A stretch of 64,000 nucleotides of DNA from Gracilinanus agilis (Eukaryota). The notes beneath the pieces are model-generated. The model was not told where the DNA came from and made no database searches. It saw only the letters and a program-made list of their open reading frames with translations. Shown here piece after piece: positions 46,701-57,099 of this stretch. Every line of letters begins with the position of its first letter. The first letter of the stretch is position 1. Location of the stretch: contig NC_058134.1 in the NCBI RefSeq assembly GCF_016433145.1, positions 197,557,804 to 197,621,803 of the forward strand. Direction: 5' to 3'. Made by a program: the position numbers and the translations under genes.

Positions 46701-49700
46701 AGGATGTTAGGACTGGGAAAATGGGGGAGGGGGGAGGGAGAGGAGGAATTGAGATTGGCAGTCAGGGGGAAGAATAAAGAAAGGTTTAGGAGGGAATTAC
46801 TAATACTGTAGGTGTGGAAAATCAGGAATTCAAGATTTCTGTGGCAAGTGTCAGAAGTCAAGAACTTATCTGGTTAGCCTTACTCCCTTTTCTGTATCTG
46901 GCTGAGGTAGAAGATACAGAAGTCCCAGGAGTCAGAGGTCAAAAAATTGGAGGGCTGGGATTTTTGAAGGTTCATCAACTTGAGTACTGAGGTCACTAAG
47001 ATCCAGGGTAATGGTTATGGGAGTGGAGTGAAACAAGTATTGTGTGGAATTTGTTCTTAAAGAGCCCAACAGGACCTAGGTCCAAAGGAAATTGCAAGTT
47101 GTAGCTATGAACAAAAGGACTTCCTTTGATCTTCAAGGTCACTAATTTGTGTGATGTGAATTCTGGCATTCCCCTTTCCCCCCCACCTCCCAGCAAGCTC
47201 TAAATGCAGCCTTAGATATGTTAACTGTGCCAAACTATGGCTCTAGCCCAAGAAGAGTGTTAGAAGAGGGCCAGGTGACATCTGCTACATTTTGGCCAGA
47301 TCCAGCTTCAGAAGCTGCCCATGGGCTAATTTCACAACAATTACAGAAAGATCAAGGGAGAATAGTGTAGAAAGCATTTATCTCTAGATCGCTCTTGATA
47401 AGAGCCCAGACCATAAATGCCAAGACACTCTTTGTAGCCAAAACAATGTGTGTCTGGATGAGTGATTCTGAATCTTTTTGGCGCTCTAGTCCTAGTTCCA
47501 AAGTGTTATAAAAAGAATGTCTGTGTGACTATATATAGAGTTCTGGACTTGGATTCAGGATATGTAGACCTGAATCTGGCTGCCTTCAACATTTATTAGC
47601 TATGTGGACATGGGGAAGTAAGCCACTCAGATGTTCAATTTCCTTATTTGTAAAATGGGTATAAAAATAGTGCTACTCACCTCATAGGGCTGTTGTAGGG
47701 AAAGTGCTCTGCAAACCTTAAAGGGATATGGAAATAAGTTTTTATTTCTACTGTAGAGATGTATCAAGTATAGAGGGCAGAGAATGAGTCCAGATGCCTT
47801 GGATTCAAGTCCAGCCTCTGATATATAAAGGCAGGAGTTAACTCTCCACATTGCTACTAGCAATGCACTAAGTTTACAAAGCAGTGACTAATTTTTCTGT
47901 TCTGGTAAAAGGACTTCCCTTACCATGAGCTCCCCTATAATAAGGAAACCACAGGTCTTAATCCCTGCCTCCCCCAAAGGCACTTTAAAGGTTTATATAA
48001 GTTTTATTGGCCCTATTACATAGGCAAGGAAATTAAGGTTCAAAGAATTTAAAAGAGCAAGTTATACAGCTTAGGGATCAGACTCCAAGGCCTCCTACTT
48101 CTAAGTCTAAAGTTCCTTTTCCTTTATCCCACAGTATCTTACACGCAATGAATTAAAAATCAATTCACAAGGAGAACTAGAATCCTCTTGAGATAAATAA
48201 GGTCATCCTATACCAATGGTTCTCAAACTTTTTGGTTTCAGGATCCCTTTACACTCACAAAAACTGAGAAACTCCTCCCCCCAAACTGTGGACTATCAAT
48301 ATTTGTGGATATATATGTGGACTATCAATATTTACCATTATTAGCAATGAAAACATTTTAGTATTATTATAAAAATAGTTTTGAGCTCACAGACTCCTGC
48401 CAAAAGGATGTCAGGGATTCCAAGGGGTCCACTTTAAGGACTGCTGTTTTAGACTCTTCAAAATTAAGGTTGGGAATTACTGGTCTACACCAAGCAGACA
48501 TAAAGTAGCAGGACACAGTTCATTTTGAGTGCTTGTCTCCTTCCTTTCCTGTACTACCACACACTCTTCTCCCCAAAAGATACTCAAGTGCTTTATGACT
48601 GTACAAAGCCCCAAATACTGTAGCACTCTCCCTAGGCTTGCCTACCACTGGGCTTCCTTTTGTATCATTTTTTTGGAACTGTCTATATACTTCCTTCTTC
48701 ATGGAGAATTGTGGTGGTCCTGTCATTTCAGCTGTGTCCAACTCTTCATGACTCCATTTGGGGTTTTCTTGGAAAGATATTGGAGTGGTTTGCCATTTTC
48801 TTCTCTTACTCATCTGACAAATGAATTGCTGAGTCTAACAGAGTTAAGTGACTTGCCCAGAGTCACACAGCTAGTAAATGCCAGGGGGCTGATCTGAACT
48901 CAGGAAGAGGAGTCTTCCTGACTGCAGCCCAACACTCTATCCACTATGCCACCCTCAAAGAATATTACATTGTACCTATTCAAATAGGTCCCCCTCCCAG
49001 CCTTCACATGACTATCAATTAGATCTTAGAAAGATGGGAAAAAAATCCACATAATAAGATATGACTAATCGGTAGGTTTAACATAGCAAAAGTAATTTTA
49101 AAAAGAGGCGCTCTAAACCCAAATTAATCTCAACATGGCAGAAGGTGGTTTGGGTCTCCCACTCTGACTGGGTGGTGGTGGTGGTGGTGGTAAGGGATGC
49201 CAAATAGGTGTATATCATAACAAGGCTTTCAATTTTTTTTCTGTGTTACTATATGAAAGTAAAAAACTTGGCATCATGACTTTTAAAAGTTTGCTGATTG
49301 CTAAACTACCAGTGGAAGCGAATATACAGTTATTTCCCAGCGCCTAGGGCAGTGATGGGCAAACTTTTTAAAGACGGGGCCAAAGGACAGGAAATGCTCG
49401 TCTGTCAGTCTGTTTCTAAGGCAACTCTTTCAAAGTTTCACTGTATCCTACTCATTGTATTTGTCAGATTAGGAATAATGGTTTCAGGGGGCCAGATCAC
49501 TGGGCCTAGGGTAAAGGAAGGGCATCAGCATTTGAATCTATAATGTCTCTTATGTGCATAATATCTATGACTAATATATATTTCTCCCCCACAAATAAAA
49601 ATGTTTTTGCACTATAATTTTAGAATGTACTGTAAAGTGACTATTTGTTTACACAAAATGGTTTTATGTGGTACAAGTTTAAATGTTACCACAACATGAA

Positions 49701-51268
49701 ACATTACCACAACATGATATTGAGGATAAGGGAGTATGTATGAGACAATATATGACTACTAAAAACCTCGAATGGGGTAAAACACAATGAATAATACTTC
49801 AGTGATCACTGACAGAGAAAGGTAGAAGTGATAAAACAGCAGAGAACAAATTGGCCCATCAGCAGTAAGGACTAGGATTTGAAGCAGAGTTCAAAGTGAT
49901 GGGAAAAAAATTCACAGGGAACATGATAAATGTCTGGCACAAAGGAAAGTGGTGAGAACCTAAACTATACTAGGGGTTAATGCTAATTTTTAAATCAAGG
50001 TCACTTGAAAATGAATGTATACAACACTCATAATTTAGATTTTGAAATAGATAGCTTATTAGTGTTATCTATCATCAGTTCCAGACTCCTGAAATTGGCA
50101 TTAAAAGTCTTCCACCATTGGAAACCTTATCTCAAACTACATTCTTTATACACCACACTTATCAGCCCATTCCAGTCCACAACTTGACTCTTGCCTGCCC
50201 TCTCCTCATTTTTTTCAGCCAAACAAAATCTTACCTATTCTTTAAAGCCCAGTTGAAGTCCCACCTTTTAAAATAGTTAATCCAATCCTCACTTTTCTTC
50301 TCTGAATTTCTACAGGAGACTATACCACACAATTTAGAACTTAATTACATATTGCTTATATTTTTCTCTAGTTTCATATATATATATATATATGTTTTTT
50401 TTTTGTGCCTACAGATCTTGCCTCACTAAATAAATTATAAGCTTGTTAAGAAGAGAAACTTCTATTTGTACTTTCTTTGGCACCTAGCACAGTCATCCCC
50501 TAAAAATGTCACTCTGATACCTCACTGTAACATGGAAATTCTCCAAAAGGATGACAAGCTTCTGTTTCTTCCAAGTTTGAAAGGTTACTAATCCAGCAAC
50601 AGTATATTAGTCCTAGCTAAGTTAAATTCCTAGAGGGCTGACCATCAGGTGAAGATTTCTGTTTTGTCTAAGTCGTTTCAAAGGTTGTCTGAAAACTGTT
50701 TCCAAGAAGAGTGTCTACAGAAAAGCAAGATCTTTTAAAGCATAGCAACAGTGAACAGGGCATTTCTAATGCAACTCAGACATTCAATAAAGCTAATAAA
50801 TAGCATGGCATAATAACCAAAGGCTGGACTTGGGTCAAAGGATCTGGGTTGGTTTCATCCTCTGCAACATAAAGGAGTTGGATTAGATAACCCTTTGGCC
50901 TGGTTCTCATTTACATCTTAGCACTATGTAAAAATGTTCTCTGGGGTACAGCCTCAACAATTAAAACAGAAAGCTTAAGACCTAGAGATTGATGCGAAGG
51001 AGAAAAAAGCAAGAGCACATTGTTTTGTAATCATGTAGAAGGACCTGATGATGTTCATGATAAAAGGCAGTTATAATGCAACTTGTTAGTACATGTCTAC
51101 AGTATGCTTTCAACATAACTGTTCATACAGCAAAGGCCCGTGAAAAACCTTTAAGAAGACTATCAGTTCTTTCCCTTCGATATCAGCAAGTTCTATGGTT
51201 GTCAAGTGGGGGCATATACAAAAATAAGGCTGTATATTCCAGATTTATTTCATGTGACATACCTGCAT

Positions 51269-51331
<63 letters not shown>

Positions 51332-52666
51332 CAAACTAGATTGATCCTAGCTGTTCCTCAAGCACCCAGATTCCATCTCCGGTCTCCAGGGTTTAGCAGA
51401 GGCAGTTTCCCTTGCCTACACCATCTGTTTAGGAGAATTCCTAGCTTCCTTCAAGGCTCACCAGCCCGGGTGACCCTTCCTGAAGGAAGCATGTTCTTTT
51501 AACTTTGGTTGTTAATGTTCTTCTCCTTCTGAAATTACTTTGTGTTTACTTGTTTGGGTACATACTGTATTTCTCTTGCAGAAGTATAATATAGACAGAA
51601 GCTGGAGAGGGGCAGGGGCTCTGGTAGCTTTCTGTCTTTTACCTCTCTGATCCAGGAGCTAGCAACTCAATTTCATTTCAATTCAATAAACATTTATTAA
51701 GTGCCTACTAGGTGCCAGTCGCTGGGGTTACAAAAAAAAAAAAAAGCAAATGACAATTCCTGCCCTCAAGGAGCTTACAATCCAACAAGAGATAAACTGC
51801 AAACAGATATATACTAAGCAAGCTATACAGAAGATAAATAGGAAATAATTAAAGGAGGAAAGGCACTGGAATTAAGCAGGATTGAGAAAAGAGGTGGGAA
51901 TTTAGCTGGGACTTAAAGGAAGCCCGGGAGGTCGTGTCTTGCAGATTGCGGGCGCATTGTTTATTCAATGGGTTGAACGGGAAGCAATGACCACAAGAAG
52001 AGAAGTGAGACACCAGAGCGCACTGCACGAAACCCCGAGGAAGGGATGGGACTAAGACATCGTAGGATAGGGCGGATCCTGAGCTAGCTGTACCATCGGG
52101 ACCGGGCTTGGACACACATGTAGAGAGGCACAGCCCTGAACAGGGTTAAGGCGAGGGTGTAAGGAGGTTAGGGACAGATGCAGCAGGCACAGGTGAAAAC
52201 AAGGCGTGGAGGGAGAAGGTGACTGAGTGAAAGGCACAAGGAGAGTACGATGGAGCCAGGAATGGAGGTGAGGGGAGAGAGGTGCAGGGTGAAAAGGGCA
52301 CAAGTGCTAAGACAACCTAAAAGAGTGTGTGTGTGGAGGGTCGTGCCCTGGAAGTAGGCAGTGAGAATTTCGGGGAGAGAGGAAAGATGGCCAGCAGGGC
52401 GGGGGTTCGAGTGTCCCACTGGACAATGCCTCGGAGGAAGGCCGGTGAGGGCGAACGCGGGGAAGGCGTGTCCCTCGTCGTCAGGGTTCCCCTGCCTGCG
52501 GGAGGGGAGACCCCTTACCTAGGAAGATGGAGATGATGAGCCGCAACGCCTGCTCCGAGGCACCAAGGTACGTCGCCAAATTCTGAAGGCGTAGTTCCTC
52601 GAAGTCAACACGCAGGACCTTGGACGCTAGCTCGGATATTACCTCCTGCTCAGCTGCCGTCGCCAT
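15141..52666 (-). CDS. LPCAT3: Lysophosphatidylcholine acyltransferase 3 (MBOAT5), complete spliced CDS (12 coding exons, 1461 nt, 486 aa)
   Basis: join(complement): 52519-52666, 21142-21249, 20408-20514, 19817-19910, 19591-19628, 18992-19170, 17264-17372, 16471-16557, 16200-16366, 15642-15789, 15401-15559, 15141-15257. Frame is open throughout; MBOAT catalytic ALWHG motif; C-terminal KKAE ER-retention motif. Confidence 0.98.
15401..15559 (-). CDS. LPCAT3: LPCAT3 exon 11 (AAHLIIESPILSKLASIT...FTWDKWLK)
   Basis: 159 nt, GT-AG flanks. Confidence 0.95.
15642..15789 (-). CDS. LPCAT3: LPCAT3 exon 10 (YVFKRLKFLGNK...ALWHGLHSGY...IVERQ)
   Basis: 148 nt, contains the catalytic His. Confidence 0.95.
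16200..16366 (-). CDS. LPCAT3: LPCAT3 exon 9 (EGVCILTGLGFNG...FNINTNAWVA)
   Basis: 167 nt, gaag|GAA acceptor, CG|gtaag donor. Confidence 0.95.
16471..16557 (-). CDS. LPCAT3: LPCAT3 exon 8 (NNPFWFRCLYMLVWGKFVLYKYVTCWLVT)
   Basis: 87 nt, contained in ORF 16426-16656. Confidence 0.95.
17264..17372 (-). CDS. LPCAT3: LPCAT3 exon 7 (IIPALKRLSLGLFYLVGYTLLSPYITEEVLLSEEFD)
   Basis: 109 nt, GT-AG flanks. Confidence 0.95.
17819..18025 (-). mobile_element. SINE1_Mdo-like SINE, full length
   Basis: Reverse complement of ggggcagctgggtagctcagtggattgagagccagg...aagggttta(A)n. Confidence 0.9.
18277..18316. repeat. (TC)n microsatellite adjacent to a single N
   Basis: Perfect TC run ending at the N at 18317. 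Confidence 0.9.
18609..18757. other. Assembly gap (149 N)
   Basis: Run of N. Confidence 1.
18992..19170 (-). CDS. LPCAT3: LPCAT3 exon 6 (NSLSLEQQKYAILGVPSL...DIPGKKPN)
   Basis: 179 nt, GT-AG flanks. Confidence 0.95.
19591..19628 (-). CDS. LPCAT3: LPCAT3 exon 5 (LAVDYYDGGRDW)
   Basis: 38 nt, cag|GTCTG...TGG|gtaag. Confidence 0.93.
19817..19910 (-). CDS. LPCAT3: LPCAT3 exon 4 (AYLLAGYYCTATGNYDIKWTMPHCVLTLKLI)
   Basis: 94 nt, GT-AG flanks. Confidence 0.95.
20408..20514 (-). CDS. LPCAT3: LPCAT3 exon 3 (SHLYHSLICVVLQFLILRLMGRTVTAVLTTFFFQM)
   Basis: 107 nt, GT-AG flanks. Confidence 0.95.
21142..21249 (-). CDS. LPCAT3: LPCAT3 exon 2 (YPFALFYRHFLFYKDCYLIHLFHIITGLSIAYFNF)
   Basis: 108 nt, GT-AG flanks. 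Confidence 0.95.
22870..23400 (+). mobile_element. RTE LINE 5' fragment (UTR and endonuclease region)
   Basis: catgttggaaagg...gccagcctgtctagg segment, then ggcagttgcatgaa and gaggaagtagaataatttctatgaagaatt (E-E-V-E-x-F-Y-E-E-L like), as recalled for RTE elements. Confidence 0.5.
24200..24390 (+). mobile_element. SINE1_Mdo-like SINE
   Basis: gggtagctcagtggactgg...gattctaagatggaggataagagttttt. Confidence 0.8.
25615..25814. mobile_element. hAT-family MITE (OC1-like), 200 bp
   Basis: TIRs CAGTGATGGCAAACCT / AGGTTCACTATCACTG; TSD TGCTTATG/TTCTAATG (6/8). Confidence 0.85.
25932..26255. mobile_element. hAT-family MITE (OC1-related, AT-rich interior), about 324 bp
   Basis: Left end aggtgatgggcaacctttt, right end AGGTTTGCCATCACTG; degenerate TSD CACTGGAT/CATTAGAC. 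Confidence 0.75.
27149..27347 (+). mobile_element. SINE1_Mdo-like SINE, full length
   Basis: ggggcagctgggtagctcagtggattgagagtcagg...aagggttt(A)n. Confidence 0.9.
28000..28199 (+). mobile_element. SINE1_Mdo-like SINE (older)
   Basis: ggtagctaggtggctcagtggatagag...aaggtaagggtttt(A)n. Confidence 0.8.
28860..31130 (+). mobile_element. L1 ORF2 3' region fragments
   Basis: aaatgacaaatgttggaggggatgtgg...gcaatgtggaattatgccc...gaactggaaattgagggg, L1 3' signature; limits approximate. Confidence 0.65.
31135..31615 (+). mobile_element. RTE LINE 3' end
   Basis: Translation FLRRILKINWQDKVPDTEVL is characteristic of the RTE RT C-terminus; ends aaggacaactaactaac. Confidence 0.8.
31748..31776. repeat. (TA)n microsatellite
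   Basis: Perfect TA run next to a CA run. Confidence 0.9.
32834..33025 (+). mobile_element. SINE1_Mdo-like SINE, full length
   Basis: Canonical head, core and aagggttt(A)n tail. Confidence 0.9.
33130..33331. mobile_element. hAT-family MITE, 202 bp
   Basis: Perfect 17-bp TIR CAGTGATGGGCAAACTT / AAGTTTGCCCATCACTG; TSD GGCTAGAC/GGCTAAAC (7/8). Confidence 0.92.
34418..34615 (+). mobile_element. Young SINE1_Mdo-like SINE with 16-bp TSD
   Basis: TSD AAAAGAAATGCAGACT at 34401-34416 and 34616-34631. Confidence 0.92.
35845..35975 (-). mobile_element. SINE1_Mdo-like SINE, 5'-truncated
   Basis: (T)n aaacccttaatttctgtgtattggctcc...gggaagtgtctgag. Confidence 0.85.
36560..37500 (+). mobile_element. L3/CR1 LINE reverse-transcriptase fragment
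   Basis: Translations GSVLGTVPFNIF and IIFTDDTKLERIANVLE resemble CR1 RT motifs QGSVLGPxLFNIF and FADDTKL. Confidence 0.8.
44026..44242 (+). mobile_element. MAR1-type CORE SINE
   Basis: CORE segment (ctgggcaagtcacttaacc...cagtttcctcatc) plus RTE-like tail atggcaaaccactccagtgtctttgccaggaaaacccc...gactgaacaacaa. Confidence 0.8.
48214..48446. mobile_element. Old hAT-Charlie MITE (MER33-like)
   Basis: Ends CAATGGTTCTCAAACTTTT / ACTTTAAGGACTGCTG; interior ggtttcaggatccctttacactc; degenerate TSD TCCTATAC/TTTTAGAC; family name from memory. Confidence 0.65.
48700..48955 (-). mobile_element. MAR1-type CORE SINE
   Basis: gtgtccaactcttcatgactccatttggggttttcttggaaag...tggtttgccattt...gacttgcccagagtcacacagc. 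Confidence 0.8.
49350..49503. mobile_element. hAT-family MITE, internally deleted relative of the 33130-33331 copy
   Basis: CAGTGATGGGCAAACTTTTTAAAGA start nearly identical to 33130; right end GATCACTG(G); perfect TSD GCCTAGGG. Confidence 0.88.
51272..51329. repeat. (CA)29 microsatellite
   Basis: Perfect AC run. Confidence 0.95.
51670..51920 (-). mobile_element. LINE-2 3' end
   Basis: attcaataaacatttattaagtgcctact...cctgccctcaaggagcttacaatc signature. Confidence 0.8.
52519..52666 (-). CDS. LPCAT3: LPCAT3 exon 1 coding part (MATAAEQEVISELASKVLRVDFEELRLQNLATYLGASEQALRLIISIFL)
   Basis: ATG at 52666 in context AAGATGG; 148 nt; G|gtaag donor. Confidence 0.95.
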
Positions 52667-53250
52667 CTTAACTCCGGGCGCCCCCGTGGGACGCCCCCCA
52701 CCCCACTCCACGCGCCACGCTTGTGGGCAAGGCGCAACAGCTTCACCTCAACTCTAGTCTGAAGCCCGCCCACGACATGGACATTGGCTGTTCGCCCGCC
52801 CAGCCAGTCGTTCGTCGGATTTTTATTGGGCTATACGAGTAAGGGGGCGGGGCTTAATGAAGCTCGGAGGGAAGAGGGCGGTGTTTGGCGTTTGTAAGGC
52901 AAAGGTGACTCTAACCAGACCGTCAATGTGGTAGGCCAGGGGGAGAGGGTGGAGTTTAGAAGCGGGAACTAGAATTTCTATTGGAGGATTCCCAAACCGG
53001 CTGAGATGTGATTTCAAGATTCTGTTCCAACTGATTCGAGGAGGAGTCTCTAGGAAGGGGTGGGACAGGCCGGCTCATTCTCTCTCCTCCAATTGGCTGA
53101 GATCCGAGCAGGCGAGAGTCGGAGAAGGGAGGGGCCGTAGATTCTTGGGGAAATAAGGTTACTCTGGGTCGTTTAAGTGAGGGGGTTACTAGGGCATACA
53201 AGCGGAGAGTGAGGGAAAAGCTCTTGTTAACTTTTCTCTTGCGCCGCCTA
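52667..53250 (-). promoter_or_regulatory. LPCAT3 CpG-island promoter
   Basis: CpG-rich; CCAAT boxes (ATTGG near 52783, 52826, 53083); GC boxes (GGGGCGGGGC near 52844); TATA-less. Confidence 0.8.
53156..53171 (+). promoter_or_regulatory. DR4 LXR/RXR response element candidate
   Basis: AGGTTA-CTCT-GGGTCG resembles known LXREs (ABCA1 type AGGTTA-CTAT-CGGTCA); LPCAT3 is an established LXR target in placentals. Confidence 0.65.
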
Positions 53251-55939
53251 ACGAACACCCAAAGATTCTCTCCTTTTCAAAGTCATTTAAGAGTCAGGAA
53301 AAAAGACCGTCCTTAGGTCTTGGCTGGTCTTCAAAGAGCCGCTGGACCAGCAAAGGAGAACTATCACGGTGTAGTGGAAAGGGCTTGGGCCTTTCCATCA
53401 AACCTGTCTCGGGCATTTGCCAGTTCGTGCATGACCCCGGGAAACTGGCGCCTACCATGTGCCGGACACTGTTGAGGATATTCAGAAAAGCCAGCAAATC
53501 TCTATTTTCAAGGAGCTTACAGTCTTTTAGGGACGACGAGGTGCGAACCATATACCAACAGGCTGTAGACAAAAATGATAGCGACGAGATAAATTCTAGA
53601 GATCCTCTCTGGGGGAGATTATCGTTAAGGGGAAATCGGGAAAAACTTGCTGGAAGTGGAATTTTAACCAAGATTTGGAGGGAGCCAGGAAAGTCGGGAG
53701 ATGGAGATGAGGAAGGGGAAAGTTTCAGACGTGGGTTTGGGCGACTGCAGGGGTTGGCAAGAATAGTGAAAATGCAGGGCAGTCGGGAGGTGCAGTGCCT
53801 TAAATAAGCAACAACAAGGAGTTTGGTGTTACTGAATTAGAGTTGTATGTGGAAGGGGAGTAAGATGTAAAAAGACTGACAAGTCAATCAGCCTCTCTGT
53901 GCCTCATTTTCTTTGTAAAGCAAGATATTTGGACGCCGTAGCCTCTAAGTCTTCCCCTTCCCCCTCCTTTTAAAGCTCTAAATCTTTGGTTCTATGTTTA
54001 GAGTAGAAGGGAATTCTTTCCCAACCATGGGAAGGTCTAGATAGCCTCTGAAATCCTTTCCAACTGAGATTCTGTGATCCCAGTGGTGTTACCTTGCTAA
54101 TGCTTCCAGTGAATTCTGGGGAGAAGCAGGACGGCAGACAGTCGATAAGCATTTATTATATACGAGAACCAGTGCTAAGCGCTGAAGAGTCAGAGAGGCG
54201 AAAATACTGTCCCTCAATTCTGAAGGACTTATAACAAAGCATGTCATCCACCTCCAGAGAAAGAACTGTCAGAGTCCGATGGAAACATACGGGTTTTCAC
54301 TTTGATTTATTTGTGTTTTTATTTTTGGATTTTGGTGTTACATATGAGAATTCTCTTATGACAGTGACCAATATGGAAAGATGTTTTGCATGATAATATA
54401 TGTATAACCCAGATCAAATTGCTTACCATCTCCAAGAGGGGGAAGGGAAGGGAAAGGAAGGAAGGAGACAATTTGGATCTTATAATCTCGGAAAATGTAT
54501 ATTGAAAATTATTACATGTAATTGGGAAAATTAAATCTCTGAATTTAGGGGAAAAAAAACCTTACTGCCTTCAAGGAGCTTACAATCTAATGGGACAAAA
54601 TGCAAACAACTTTGAATAAATAAGAAAGACACTTTGGAGGTAATCAATAGATGAAGACTCTTCTCTGTTAGTTTTTGAGTGAGGAGGATGAATTGCTTTG
54701 GGTTTCTGGGGAAGGGAAACCTTTTTGGTCTTCTCTTTCCACCTAGTTACAATGTGCCTGTGAATTAAAGGAACTGCTGGATTTTTTTTTCTCTTCCATA
54801 TTTTTTTTTTCTGATCTTAAGTGAATGAGTTTCTGGAGATAGAGCAGACCTCATTATAATCTTGTGTGCCTCAAAATGCTGGAAGAGCTACCCCAGGTCC
54901 AGCAATGATAGGACTTAGAGATTTGGCATGGATGCAGTAACCAAGTCTGGTGAATCAGCACATTCCTAAGGACCACCTGTTTGATCCAGTAATGGATTGT
55001 AGAGGAAGACTGTGAGTTGGGGAAAACATCTTCTCTCAGGAAAAAGAAATTATAAAAGTCAAAGATACTTGTGTGAACCTGGGCAAGTCACTTAACCCCT
55101 ATTACCTAGCCCATACCACTCTTCTGCCTTGCAATTGAAACACAGTATTGATTTCCAAGAGGGAAGATTTAAAGAAAAAAAGTTAAAGATACAGAGCTCC
55201 TGGGCTATGTAAATAGAAACAGAGCCACCGCTAAAAAGAAAAGACCTAACTGATTTCTATTTTGAAGACTTTCACTGTCCTAGAAATTTCCTACCAGAAA
55301 AACATTCCACTGAAACAACCCTGGTTTTTGACAACGCCTAAACCCCCAAGGTTAACAAATTCTCCTTCTAAATCATGTGCAGTCTTGTACCTATTTCTCA
55401 ACTTCCCAAATATGGAAAGTTTCACCTGAGCAGTCTCACCTGATCCACTGTTTTTTACTATGTATAAGGTCACCCCTAAGGCTGTGTAAAACTAAATACA
55501 GGTATTGACTTTCCTCATAGTGTTTTCCATATATTGTAAGTCAGCATAAGAAACAAATGGGAATTTTGGGGGAAGTATGGCAGAAACTGCAGATGACACA
55601 TGAAAGCCAGCAAGCAGATAACACAGAAAAAGTTTAGAAACTCAGAAATGTTACTATATATATGCATAGATACATAGATAGTATAATATAAACACATTTT
55701 ATCTTTTAATGCCATAAATATACACAATTTCTTTTTTAAGTGAAATTAAGTAAAAAGTTAAAATTTGTGAAAAGAATGTGAAAACCAGCAAATTTTTACT
55801 AAGCTTTTCTAGCTCTAGGAGATGCCATACCCTAAATCCAATGTATAAGGGATACCTATATGTATATGGATGTATACACACACACACATATGCACACACG
55901 TATATCTCCAGCTTTAGGTAAAGTCAGCATGGTTTTCTG

Positions 55940-56072
55940 GTCACCCAAGGAAATAAAAAGGCCTATTCTAGCAATACCATATTTCAAACTATATTACAAA
56001 GCAATAATCAAAACAATCTGGTACTGGCTAAGAAATAGAATAGTAGATCAGTGGAATAGATTAGGTACACAG
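55940..56072 (+). mobile_element. L1 ORF2 fragment
   Basis: Translation [33 protein letters not shown]. Confidence 0.85.
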
Positions 56073-56340
56073 TAGTTTGTTGTTGTCCTTACTACCGAGG
56101 ACCAAAATGAGATCATCATTAGTGATGTCTTTTGACTTTGAATAAATTGGATTTAAGTGATGCAAAGTTGTACAAAGTCCTTGGCAGTACTCTTTCTTCC
56201 CAGGTCATCAAAGTCCAGTTGCAAAATAAAGTCAAGACGACTGGTGATGGCAGTGGATGACCTTGCCATCTTCAATGTCTGAACAACCTTAAGCACTCCG
56301 TGGTGCCCACTTCCACATAGCACCTGTCTCCACAACCTGC
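56073..56340 (-). mobile_element. RTE LINE or RTE-SINE 3' end
   Basis: gttgttgtcctt...gaggacc...tggatttaagtga...gacgactggtgatggc signature. Confidence 0.7.
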
Positions 56341-57099
56341 ATGGTCATTGGAACATGAAGCTGTCCAGCAGCTTCACGAAGATTCCTAGTAGGTAGGACA
56401 CTCAGAAAGGGGAACCAGGGACTGAGAGAAAATGGGTTATGGGTTAAGGACTAATGGAAAGAGAGCATAAGGCAAGAATGAAGACACATAGACAAAGTTC
56501 TGGCATAAGGTGGTCAGACAGTGAGTAAGCTCTGGTGGACAAGAGCTTCCAGGTTCAGAGCTTCACTGGGATGAAGCTCTGATGGTAAAGAGCTTAGATG
56601 GTCCAGAGCTTAACCCTTAGCTGCCATACTGCTATTTTTATTGGGGTTACAACAGTATAGGAGGAAGGGAAGAGCCAAGTGGTCTGATACATTAACATTA
56701 TGAGGTAATCATCATGAGATACAAACTGCAGGATTCTAAGACAATACCCAGATCAGGAGTTCTTATGGCCTAGGGCATCTACAGGTTTTTGATACATACC
56801 TTAATTGATTGTTTTAGGTAAAATAAGGAGATTGAGACAACTGACCAGTCTTCCAGAGTGTAGCCTCAGGGAAGGGCTAGGAATTTGGCAAGGTTGAGGC
56901 TCAATTGAACTCCAGGTTACAGAAATCAATCATAAGCAATACAAGAGTCAGTTTTTTCAGCACTCAGAATAATATCAAGATTAATGCATACCTGTATTGC
57001 TATAGAACAGATTGTTTTCGTGTGCTTTTTCTGCCCAGGCAGGTTTTGTAAGACTGGGGTAGAGACTCTGCTCACTCACCAACAGCTTTGAGCCTCTTA

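Noticed and set aside
53385-53807. 140-aa divergent ORF upstream of LPCAT3
   Set aside because: Overlaps L2/MIR-like remnants whose CpGs survive near the island; no domain similarity.
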